Below, piece after piece: positions 32,215 through 39,973 of a stretch of 39,973 bases of DNA. The translations under genes and the position numbers were made by a program. The notes beneath the pieces are model-generated. The model searched no databases, was not told the origin of the DNA, and worked only from the letters and a program-made list of their open reading frames with translations. Source of the stretch: an archaeon (GTDB taxonomy: Archaea; Nanobdellota; Nanobdellia; SCGC-AAA011-G17; GW2011-AR18); assembly GCA_023245565.1 (NCBI GenBank), contig JAHFKB010000005.1:1-39973 (forward strand), written 5' to 3'. Within the stretch, counting starts at the first letter, position 1. The number at the start of each line of letters is the position of its first letter.

Positions 32215-33303
32215 CTAAACCGCCATTTTTCTTTTTATTTGTGGATCATGATCATAATCTTCTAGAATAAAATCATCAATAGTTAATTTATCAAATGGTT
32301 TATCTGCAATCTCTAATCTTGGTAATTGTTTTGGAGTTCTTGATAATTGTTCGATAATTGCAGTAACATGATCATATCCTTCTTCTCCTATTGCTTCTGG
32401 AGGCAATAATTTATTTAAATCTTCTAAAACATTTAAATAATCTTGAAGTTCTTTTACACTTGAAACCATATCTTGGAATTTATTTAAATTTTCTTTATAC
32501 CATATTCCTCTTTTTCCAGTGCCACAGTAAAAATGTGAATCTCCAAAAGTATGTATTAATCTTCTTGGTTCAAGTTTTGTTTCCTGAGCAATAATTTGTG
32601 TAAGCATCGCATAACTTGCAATATTAAGTGGAACTCCTAAAAATTGGTCGCAACTTCTTTGATACATTTGTAAATCTAGAATATTTGAATCTGAATTAAC
32701 TTGAAAAAACATATGGCATGGTTCAAGAGCCATTCTTGATAAATCTCCTGGATTCCAAGCAGTTAGAACATTTTTTTTGCTGGTTGGTTTATTTTTTAAA
32801 ATTTCTATAAGTTTACTAAGCTGATCTACTTTAACAACTTCTCCATCTTTACCAACTGATTTCCAATTTCTCCATTGTGCTCCATAAACAGGACCTAAAT
32901 CTCCATATTTTTGTGCAAATTCAGAATCTTCTCTAATTCTTTGTTCATAATCTGCAACTGCTTTTTCCCAATCTGGAGAATATTTAACTAGTCCATCAGA
33001 AAAAATTCCTTCTCTTACTAAATTTTTATAATTGTGATTAAAACCATCTCTAGTCCATAGGGGAACTTTATTATCAACAAGATATTTTATGTTTGTTTCT
33101 CCTCTCATAAACCAAATAAGTTCATGAGTGATAGATTTTATAGCCATTTTTTTTGTTGTTAACAATGGAAATCCTTCTCTTAAATCATATTCATTTTGAT
33201 AACCAAATAAAGAAACAAGAGGAACTTCTTTACTTCCTCCTTTTACTAAAGTATATGGAGATGTTAAAATTGCTTTGCAATGATCTAGATATTGTTGCAC
33301 CAT
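32215..33303 (-). CDS. thyA: thymidylate synthase (ThyA type) with two insertions
   Basis: 362 aa. It has HELIWFMRGETN, LGPVYGAQWR, LTAWNP, EPCHMFFQ and YQRSCDQFLGVPLNIASYAMLT. Confidence 0.95.
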   Translation of the reverse strand: MVQQYLDHCKAILTSPYTLVKGGSKEVPLVSLFGYQNEYDLREGFPLLTTKKMAIKSITHELIWFMRGETNIKYLVDNKVPLWTRDGFNHNYKNLVREGIFSDGLVKYSPDWEKAVADYEQRIREDSEFAQKYGDLGPVYGAQWRNWKSVGKDGEVVKVDQLSKLIEILKNKPTSKKNVLTAWNPGDLSRMALEPCHMFFQVNSDSNILDLQMYQRSCDQFLGVPLNIASYAMLTQIIAQETKLEPRRLIHTFGDSHFYCGTGKRGIWYKENLNKFQDMVSSVKELQDYLNVLEDLNKLLPPEAIGEEGYDHVTAIIEQLSRTPKQLPRLEIADKPFDKLTIDDFILEDYDHDPQIKRKMAV

Positions 33304-33357
33304 TTTCTAAAAAGCAATCTATTACTTTATAAAGATAATTATATAGTAAAATATATT

Positions 33358-33795
33358 CTATTGTAATATTTTAACTAAACCGAAAAATCCTTCTAATTTT
33401 TTCATTTCTTTTAATGTTTCATAAATGTCTTTTCTAAATACTTTATTATTTTCTGGATTAATAATTTCTAATATTGGATCATTAAAATTTTTTAAAAGAT
33501 AAATATGTGACTTTATTCCAATAATTCCTTCATATTTATTCATATCTCTTAATAATTCGTCTGGTTCATTAAATGGTGTTTCATTATACCAATAAAAAAA
33601 ATATTCAAATCCCCTAGATCTTAAAAAATTTTTAATAGTGTCATCATGAGGAAGAAAGCCTTTGTCTGAGGGTGTTAAATTATCTGCAATTTCTTTTTGA
33701 GATAAATTAATTTTATTATTATTAAAAATTGCTTGTAAAACAGAACAAATACAATAATTATTTCTTTCTTGTGGGATTAAATTATAAGATTTCAT
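33358..33795 (-). CDS. hypothetical protein, possible papain-fold (C39-like) cysteine peptidase or amidase
   Basis: 145 aa. Q9-x5-C15 (PQERNNYCICSVLQAI) matches the papain-like Gln/Cys spacing, and a later SHIY..NFND could supply His and Asn/Asp. It starts directly after the stop of the upstream dcd-like gene. Confidence 0.35.
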   Translation of the reverse strand: MKSYNLIPQERNNYCICSVLQAIFNNNKINLSQKEIADNLTPSDKGFLPHDDTIKNFLRSRGFEYFFYWYNETPFNEPDELLRDMNKYEGIIGIKSHIYLLKNFNDPILEIINPENNKVFRKDIYETLKEMKKLEGFFGLVKILQ

Positions 33796-34389
33796 TTAAT
33801 TTTGAACTTCTTTTTTTCCATCACTTGTAACTCTTCCACCTTGATGCTGACCTGAATAAGCTCTTTTAATATCACCAATTACTGGCTCATATTCAATATT
33901 AAACATTCTTGAACCTAATTCAAATTTAAAATCTTCTGTGCCTAAATTTTTTATTCCGAAAGCTAATTTTCCTTTATATCCTGGATCTGTTTTTGTTGCA
34001 TGAAAACTAACTGCTCCTCTTTGAAGAGAACTTCTTGGCCATATTTTAGGAATTAAAAATCCTTCAGGAAATGAATCATCATATTTTATTTTTTCAGCAG
34101 GAGCATGTATTGTTTCCATAGTTGTTACAAGAAAATAATCTCCAGGCTTCATTGTTATTAATTTATTACCTTCTTTTTCTATATCTCCAACTAATTCTAT
34201 TTTAGGAGAATATCTTTCTCTACTACTATTATCTGCTGCAAGAAAACTATCACCAATTATTTTATGTACTGCTCCAACTCTTAAATCAATTCCAGAACCT
34301 TCTGGATTTTCTAATTCTCTCTGAGCTAGGTCTTTTATAAGTTCATATTTTGTATTTAATTCTAATATTTTTAATGCTGAAATTTTCAT
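33796..34389 (-). CDS. dCTP deaminase/dUTPase-superfamily protein (catalytic Glu position is Gly)
   Basis: 197 aa. It has GSGIDLRVG, PGDYFLVTTMETI and PRSSLQRG...DPGYKGKLAFGIKNLG. The last aligns with DPGWSGCIVLEFYNSG of E. coli Dcd. Confidence 0.75.
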   Translation of the reverse strand: MKISALKILELNTKYELIKDLAQRELENPEGSGIDLRVGAVHKIIGDSFLAADNSSRERYSPKIELVGDIEKEGNKLITMKPGDYFLVTTMETIHAPAEKIKYDDSFPEGFLIPKIWPRSSLQRGAVSFHATKTDPGYKGKLAFGIKNLGTEDFKFELGSRMFNIEYEPVIGDIKRAYSGQHQGGRVTSDGKKEVQN

Positions 34390-34399
34390 TTTTTCTCCT

Positions 34400-35524
34400 T
34401 TAATCTTTTTTAAATATACTTGGTAATATTGATCTTAAGTTATTGAAACTTGTGCTTTTAGTATCTTCGTATCTTCCTTGTGGTTCAGCCCACATCTTAT
34501 ATAAATTAAACCTAGCTAGGGGCTGGCCATCTTGGATTATTATTGGTACTTCTCTTGCTCTTATTTCAAAAACAATATGTGACTGCACATTTAAATCACT
34601 AAGATTATATCCATGTGTAGCATTAATTAATCCTGCATAATGAGTTTTCATATCTCCTAATTCTGGAGAATATTCATCAATTTCTGCAGCAACTATTGGA
34701 GGTAATTTTATATTTTCTTTAGAGTTAATCAAAACAAAATCTCCTGGATGTATTAATAAAGTTCCTTTACCTTCTACCATTCTAAGTTCTTCTTGATAAA
34801 ATTCTTCAGGATTGTAATAATCTTTTTTAGATAAATCAAGAGTTCTTCTATCTCTCTTTGCTACATAAGCTATTAATCCATTTTTTGGAATATTTGCTGT
34901 GAAAGTTAATTTTCCTGTTCTAACCATATAATCTCTTTCTTTTTCATCATATGATGGTCTTCCATTATCATCTGTTAATATTGGGTGTGTTTTTAATAAT
35001 AATTCTAGTTCTGATCCTGACATTGGTTGTGGATTGCCTTCATAAAACCTTATTTGTGGAATTGCTGTCTTTCCTGAATCAATTACTAATGGGAAACTTG
35101 TAGCGCAAATTTCTACATACATATTTCCAATATATCCATTATTTATATTATCAAAGTTTAATGTGCTATCTGTCAAACCTCTTAATGAAACTCCAATTCT
35201 TCCTCTGCCTGATTTATTAAATATTCTAGCACTTATACTTTTAGGTAAATTTAAAGATTCTACTAATTTAGTTGCATATTGCTGAAAACATTCTACATAA
35301 AATCTATCTTTTTTAGAATCACTATCAACAAAATCTCTTGAACTTAAAGCATCTTCAATTTTTTGTCCAGCAAGAGGAAGAAAACTTCCAAGTAATTTCC
35401 ATTTTTCAAGACCAATTCTTAAATCTAAACTACTAGTATTAACAAGTCCTTTATCAGCACCAATTATAACACTTTGATCAATTAATTCTTTTATTCTCCA
35501 GTCAGGTAATACACCACTTCTCAT
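34400..35524 (-). CDS. dcd: 2'-deoxycytidine 5'-triphosphate deaminase, long (~370 aa) form
   Basis: 374 aa with a tandem dUTPase-like fold. The N-terminus GVLPDWRIKELI, LDLRIG, and the C-terminal half with HIVFEIRA (Glu retained) are present. Confidence 0.75.
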   Translation of the reverse strand: MRSGVLPDWRIKELIDQSVIIGADKGLVNTSSLDLRIGLEKWKLLGSFLPLAGQKIEDALSSRDFVDSDSKKDRFYVECFQQYATKLVESLNLPKSISARIFNKSGRGRIGVSLRGLTDSTLNFDNINNGYIGNMYVEICATSFPLVIDSGKTAIPQIRFYEGNPQPMSGSELELLLKTHPILTDDNGRPSYDEKERDYMVRTGKLTFTANIPKNGLIAYVAKRDRRTLDLSKKDYYNPEEFYQEELRMVEGKGTLLIHPGDFVLINSKENIKLPPIVAAEIDEYSPELGDMKTHYAGLINATHGYNLSDLNVQSHIVFEIRAREVPIIIQDGQPLARFNLYKMWAEPQGRYEDTKSTSFNNLRSILPSIFKKD

Positions 35525-35540
35525 AAAAAATAAAATCTGT

Positions 35541-35584
35541 TTAATCTTTTAAAGAATTATTGTTCTTTAATATGTATTTACTGA
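35541..35584. repeat. 44-bp intergenic direct repeat, copy a
   Basis: TTAATCTTTTAAAGAATTATTGTTCTTTAATATGTATTTACTGA. About 37 of 44 positions are identical to 35645..35688. Confidence 0.75.
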
Positions 35585-35644
35585 TATTGTGCTTAATTCT
35601 AGAATTATATTTTATTATTTAAGACATATAATAATGTTTTCTTT

Positions 35645-35688
35645 TTAATCTCTTAAAGAATTATTGTAATTAAATATGTATTATCTAA
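35645..35688. repeat. 44-bp intergenic direct repeat, copy b
   Basis: TTAATCTCTTAAAGAATTATTGTAATTAAATATGTATTATCTAA. Confidence 0.75.
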
Positions 35689-35710
35689 AATTCCATTTTT
35701 AATAGTAATA

Positions 35711-36331
35711 TTATTTAGAATTTCTCATTGTTTGTAAAGAAATTAATAATTCATTTGGTTGAATATTTGCAAAACCAGTAACTTCTGAATAAGTTCTTAG
35801 AGAATCTCCTGGTAAAACATATTCTGTTAATGAAAAATGTGGTTTGTAACTTATCTTTCTTTCTGTTGCTGCAATTTTTTCATTTAGTGAATCTAAATCA
35901 ATTTCTGTTGTTGTTGTTGTTCTTGGAAAATATTTTATTAATTTTGTTTTTGCTTCTTTTCCTGTTAGATCTTTTATTATATCTCTATATGAAATAAGTT
36001 TAGAATATAATAAAAAATTAGCTAAATCTGGGCTTGTTTGAGCAAATCTATTATCTGGATCTATAACTACTTGTAAAAAAGGTGTTTCTAATCTAAAAGC
36101 TAAAGTTGGATCATCATCAAATGTTAAATCTAAATAATACATATCCCATAAATATAAATTTCCTTTTACTTTTTCTCTAGTTCTTAATCTATTTCCATTC
36201 ATATCTTCTGTATAAACTCTTGCTGTTTGTTTTATTGAATTAGAATTATGAAAAGAAAAACAAGCTTGCTCTAAAGTATCAAATAAAACTACTTTTCTAG
36301 GTTCAGCAGGGATTTCAGTTATTCCAAACAT
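35711..36331 (-). CDS. hypothetical protein
   Basis: 206-aa ORF with coding-like composition. I recognise no family. Confidence 0.5.
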   Translation of the reverse strand: MFGITEIPAEPRKVVLFDTLEQACFSFHNSNSIKQTARVYTEDMNGNRLRTREKVKGNLYLWDMYYLDLTFDDDPTLAFRLETPFLQVVIDPDNRFAQTSPDLANFLLYSKLISYRDIIKDLTGKEAKTKLIKYFPRTTTTTEIDLDSLNEKIAATERKISYKPHFSLTEYVLPGDSLRTYSEVTGFANIQPNELLISLQTMRNSK

Positions 36332-36373
36332 AATTATCCATCACTGTATAGTTATAAAGATATATAAGCTTTT

Positions 36374-36889
36374 TTAATCTAAATTAGAAAGTGCAGGCTT
36401 TAATTCAGACAAGTTTTCAACCACTATATTTTTAGTATTTTCATGTTGAGTAGCTATGAATCTTAATACTTCTAATTCTTGGTCATAAGTTTTTGTTTTA
36501 ATTAATCCATCAACTGAATTTTTTAGTAATTTTAATTCTTTTAATACATCTTTTAATTCAAATGGGTCTTCTTGTAATTCTTCTAAATTTGAGATTATTT
36601 TTCCAACTGATAGTTTTAATGAATCTTTTAATCCTTGTCTGCTAAATAATGATTCTTTTTTTGGTGCAACTAATGGCATACCTTTTCTTATAAAAATCAA
36701 AGCATCTTCATCTTGTGAATCTTTTCTTAATATTTCTTTTGCTTCATTAAATCTTTTTTGTCTTTCCATTACATAAGGTCTTAGAAATTTTTTATAGAGA
36801 TCTTCTAAATCTTTTTGTGCTTTTTCTAAACCATTAATTAAATTTCTATAATAATTTATTTGTCTTTCTTCTTCTGGTCTTTGTACCAT
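36374..36889 (-). CDS. hypothetical helical or coiled-coil protein
   Basis: 171-aa ORF. I recognise no family. Confidence 0.5.
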   Translation of the reverse strand: MVQRPEEERQINYYRNLINGLEKAQKDLEDLYKKFLRPYVMERQKRFNEAKEILRKDSQDEDALIFIRKGMPLVAPKKESLFSRQGLKDSLKLSVGKIISNLEELQEDPFELKDVLKELKLLKNSVDGLIKTKTYDQELEVLRFIATQHENTKNIVVENLSELKPALSNLD

Positions 36890-36920
36890 ATAATCTTTAT
36901 ATTTTTTTAGTATATAAAGT

Positions 36921-38699
36921 TTATGTGTAATAATGTTTTCCTTTTGATCTTTGTTCTTGATCTAGTTGAGAACCTGGTTTATTTATTCTAGGTCTTCCTG
37001 TTAATTTGTCTCTTCTGTAAGTTATATCTAAATTTTTTAAAACTTTATTCATTCCTTCAACTTTTGGAACTGGACCAAAAACATGTCCTTCTTTAGCAGG
37101 AATTCCTTCAAATACTAACATTGAATCTGATAAATAATCAATAAATTGAATATCATGATCAACTATAATTGCTGCTATTTCTTTTTTTATAACAAGATCT
37201 TTAATAATTTCTGCAATGTTTAGACGATCTTCAACATCAACAAAGGCAGAGGGTTCATCCATAGCAATTAAATCTATGTTTGGTTTTGTTAAGCAAGCTG
37301 TTATGTAAACTTTTTGTAATTCTCCACCAGATAATTCTGAAATTTTATTATTTAGAATTGCATTAATATTTAATTTTTCTAAAATATTTGTTTTATACCA
37401 TCCAGAATCAAATTCTGAATTTGCTATACTTCTAAGATATTCTTGAACAGTTCCTTGAATATTTTGATCTAAATATTGTGGTTTGTAACTTATTTTTATT
37501 TTTTCTAGATTTCCTTTATCTGGAACTTCTATGCCTGCTATTAATTTTAAGAATGTTGTTTTACCTAAACCATTTGATCCCATAATTGCTAGAACTTCCC
37601 CTTTATGAATATTTCCTGAAGAAGTTTTTAATTTAAATGTTGAATATGTTTTTTCTAATTCTGGAAAAACAATAAAAGCTTCTTTAGATACAAAACGTTC
37701 CATTGGTCTTTCTGAAAATCTTATTGGATATGGTCTAAATCTTATATTTTCATCTGGAAGCATTCCTTCCATATAATCATTAATTCCTCTTCTTACAGCT
37801 TTACTTTGAGAAAATATACCATAACAAGCAGGTTCTCCATAAACAATTTGTATTTCATCTGAAATATAATCTAAAGTTGCAAGATCATGTTCAACTACAA
37901 TTACTGATGCTTTTTCTGAAAGTGTTCTAATTAATTTTGCAGCTTTTATTCTATGTGTTATATCTAAGAATGAAGATGGTTCATCAAAATAATAAACATC
38001 AGCATTTCTAGCTGCTGTAGCAACAATTGCAACTCTTTGTAATTCTCCACCAGATAATTCTTCAATATTTCTTTCTGCAATATTAGATATATCTAATTCA
38101 TTTAATAATTCATCAACTATGTTTCTTTCATCAATTTTTTTTAATAGATCTTTTACTTTTTGATTTTTATAAATTTGTATTAATAATTCTACTCTTTGCG
38201 GTTTGTAACTTATTTTTAATTCTTTTTTTAATAATTTTCTAAAATAATCAGCTATCCAAGTTGTTGAATATTTTTCTATTATTGCTTTTTCTGGAACTTC
38301 TTGATCATATTTTCCTAAGTTTGGTTTTACAGAACCAGTTAAAATTTGCAATGAACTAGATTTACCAATTCCATTTCTTCCTATAATTCCAACTATAGTG
38401 TTTGGTTTAATTATTGGTAATTCAAATAACTCAAAAGAATTTTTTCCATATTTATGTATTGGTTCTTCATTTAATTTTTCTGGTAAATTAATAATATGAA
38501 TTGCTTGAAATGGACATTTTTTAGCTGAAATTTTATGCATTTCTAAAACTACTTCTTCTGAAATTTCAGATTTTCCACTAATTCCAATATGAAATCCTTC
38601 TCCTCCAGACTTATTTATAGGATCATATTTAATACATTCATGCTGACATTTATCTGGAAAGCATTTTGATTTTTCTATTATGGCTATTACTCTTCTCAT
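36921..38699 (-). CDS. abce1: ABCE1 (RNase L inhibitor / ribosome recycling ATPase) with a reduced Fe-S domain
   Basis: 592 aa. It has two ABC modules (GRNGIGKSS and GSNGLGKTT; LSGGELQ twice) and an N-terminal ferredoxin-like domain ending KKCPFQAIHIINLP. Confidence 0.96.
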   Translation of the reverse strand: MRRVIAIIEKSKCFPDKCQHECIKYDPINKSGGEGFHIGISGKSEISEEVVLEMHKISAKKCPFQAIHIINLPEKLNEEPIHKYGKNSFELFELPIIKPNTIVGIIGRNGIGKSSSLQILTGSVKPNLGKYDQEVPEKAIIEKYSTTWIADYFRKLLKKELKISYKPQRVELLIQIYKNQKVKDLLKKIDERNIVDELLNELDISNIAERNIEELSGGELQRVAIVATAARNADVYYFDEPSSFLDITHRIKAAKLIRTLSEKASVIVVEHDLATLDYISDEIQIVYGEPACYGIFSQSKAVRRGINDYMEGMLPDENIRFRPYPIRFSERPMERFVSKEAFIVFPELEKTYSTFKLKTSSGNIHKGEVLAIMGSNGLGKTTFLKLIAGIEVPDKGNLEKIKISYKPQYLDQNIQGTVQEYLRSIANSEFDSGWYKTNILEKLNINAILNNKISELSGGELQKVYITACLTKPNIDLIAMDEPSAFVDVEDRLNIAEIIKDLVIKKEIAAIIVDHDIQFIDYLSDSMLVFEGIPAKEGHVFGPVPKVEGMNKVLKNLDITYRRDKLTGRPRINKPGSQLDQEQRSKGKHYYT

Positions 38700-38801
38700 A
38701 TTTGCTTAAATTATCAGACAGTTTAAAAGGTTTCCCAAATTATATTTTCTCCAAGATAAAAATTTATAAACAATCTTTTTATTTTTTGTAAAGGTGAAAA
38801 A

Positions 38802-39973
38802 GTGAATTTAATTCCATACACTCAAGGCAGGCTTACATTAATAATTGGTCCTGTTAGATCTGGTAAAACTACTAGATTAGAAGGAATTCTAGATTCTGCA
38901 GTAGATAGTGGTTTAATGAATGATTCTAATATAATAATTGTTAAACATCCTGAAGATGATAGGGGTTCTAATAATATAGGAAAACATCATTGTAATATAA
39001 GCAGCCATCCTAATAATATTGTAAATTTAGTTAAACCAAAAACTAGAACTATTATTATTCCTGGAATTGGACATCATGAATCTCTAGATATAGTGCCTTT
39101 GGTTGATGGGTTACTTAGAAGTGATAGGAATGTAATTGCAACTTCTCTTAATTTAGATTCAAATGGAAAACCATATGGTCATTTACCAGAATTAATGGCT
39201 TTAGCTGATGAAGTTATTATTGAAAAAGCAATTTGCTCAAAATCTGAATGTAAAAGTCATGCTACAAGAAGCATGTTGATACAGAATACTTTTGAACCTA
39301 GATGTACACATCATTATCATTTTGAAGAAAGTCCTGCAAGAGGAGTTGATGGAGGTCTTAAATTATTTTTAGGTCCAATGTATTCTAGTAAATCTCTTAA
39401 TTGGTATAAACATATAAAAAGTCTTGAGATGGCAGAAGAAAAATTTTTAACTTTTAAATGGATAGGAGATAAAAGAGGAGATGAAAGAGAAATTGTGAAA
39501 AAATTTGATACTGGTTATGTTGTTCTAAAAAGTGGGAAGAAAATTCCTGCTACTTTAATAGAAAATACAGAAGATATTTATGATTATTTAAAACAAAAAC
39601 CTGGAATTAAAAACCTTTTTATTGATGAATATGAATTTATTGCTGAAAGTTATGAATTTACTTTTGATATGCTAAAAAAAGGATATAATATATATGGAAC
39701 AGGATTACCAAGAGCATTTAATAGAAAAGGATTTGGGGATGTTCCTAAATTAATGTGTTTAGCTGATAGAATAGAAATGCTAAATTCTTATTGTTTTATT
39801 TGTCATCACCCTGCTTCAGAGAATCAAAGATTTAAGAAAGAAGGTGATAATTATATTACTGCACATATTAATGATCCTTTAGTAATTGTTGATGATAATA
39901 GAACTAATGATAAATATGAACCTGTATGTTTAAGACATTGGAAATTAAGAGGTGAACCTGATTTAAAATATGA
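38802..39973 (+). CDS. tdk: tandem (fused double) TK1-type thymidine kinase, 3' end beyond the window
   Basis: This is my own translation; it is not in the track because no stop is reached. The GTG start is preceded by AAGGTGA. Domain 1 has LIIGPVRSGKTT...ALADEVIIEKAICSKSEC...PRCTHHY. Domain 2 has LFLGPMYSSKSL...LFIDEYEFI...CLADRIEMLNSYCFICHH...YEPVCLRHW. Confidence 0.85.
   Translation, partial: MNLIPYTQGRLTLIIGPVRSGKTTRLEGILDSAVDSGLMNDSNIIIVKHPEDDRGSNNIGKHHCNISSHPNNIVNLVKPKTRTIIIPGIGHHESLDIVPLVDGLLRSDRNVIATSLNLDSNGKPYGHLPELMALADEVIIEKAICSKSECKSHATRSMLIQNTFEPRCTHHYHFEESPARGVDGGLKLFLGPMYSSKSLNWYKHIKSLEMAEEKFLTFKWIGDKRGDEREIVKKFDTGYVVLKSGKKIPATLIENTEDIYDYLKQKPGIKNLFIDEYEFIAESYEFTFDMLKKGYNIYGTGLPRAFNRKGFGDVPKLMCLADRIEMLNSYCFICHHPASENQRFKKEGDNYITAHINDPLVIVDDNRTNDKYEPVCLRHWKLRGEPDLKY

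Noticed and set aside
32391-32594. 67-aa plus-strand ORF
   Set aside because: It is a shadow ORF inside thyA.
34443-34640. 65-aa plus-strand ORF
   Set aside because: It is a shadow ORF inside the long dcd gene.
1-39973. CRISPR arrays, rRNA genes, transposase-bearing IS elements
   Set aside because: There are no regularly spaced direct repeats, no long GC-rich structured-RNA stretches beyond the two tRNAs, and no transposase or integrase-like ORF in the six-frame track.

Overview
This is an AT-rich archaeal chromosome segment, roughly 25-30% G+C by eye. Its gene set fits a small-genome DPANN-type archaeon. It encodes TFB, Orc1/Cdc6, SecE-Spt5-L11, LSm, aIF5A plus deoxyhypusine synthase, ABCE1, RpoP and prefoldin beta. 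It also encodes ribosomal proteins L37e, S8e, L40e and L37Ae, the FtsZ plus SepF division genes, and two tRNAs. The right third (26.6-40 kb) is an almost uninterrupted deoxynucleotide-metabolism island: thioredoxin, class II RNR, NrdR, DHFR, ThyA, two dCTP-deaminase-family genes and a tandem thymidine kinase, with ABCE1 and several unknown genes interspersed.

The observations most worth a second look are these:
1. An abrupt ~89-bp GC-rich, adenine-poor island of NNC codons at the extreme 3' end of a C-type-lectin/FGE-like gene (6341-6429). It looks like a diversity-generating-retroelement variable region, but no RT or template repeat is in the window.
2. A 147-aa mini-intein inserted exactly at the catalytic Cys of the thioredoxin WCGPC motif, next to the RNR genes.
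3. A bacterial-type NrdR with tandem NrdR boxes in an archaeal context.
4. A fused double thymidine kinase whose two halves have degenerated in complementary ways.
5. A rearranged tRNA-Pro locus. A LAGLIDADG gene overlaps the tRNA 5' end, the D-loop carries an insertion, and 15-bp direct repeats flank a single-gene insertion.
6. A 127-bp promoter/leader repeat carrying a conserved GC-rich 10-codon mini-ORF, present at two loci.
7. A disrupted spt5-rpl11 junction containing a duplicated piece of rpl11.

All calls come from reading the sequence and recognising motifs by eye. No searches were run, counts are hand counts, and family assignments for poorly conserved proteins are tentative.
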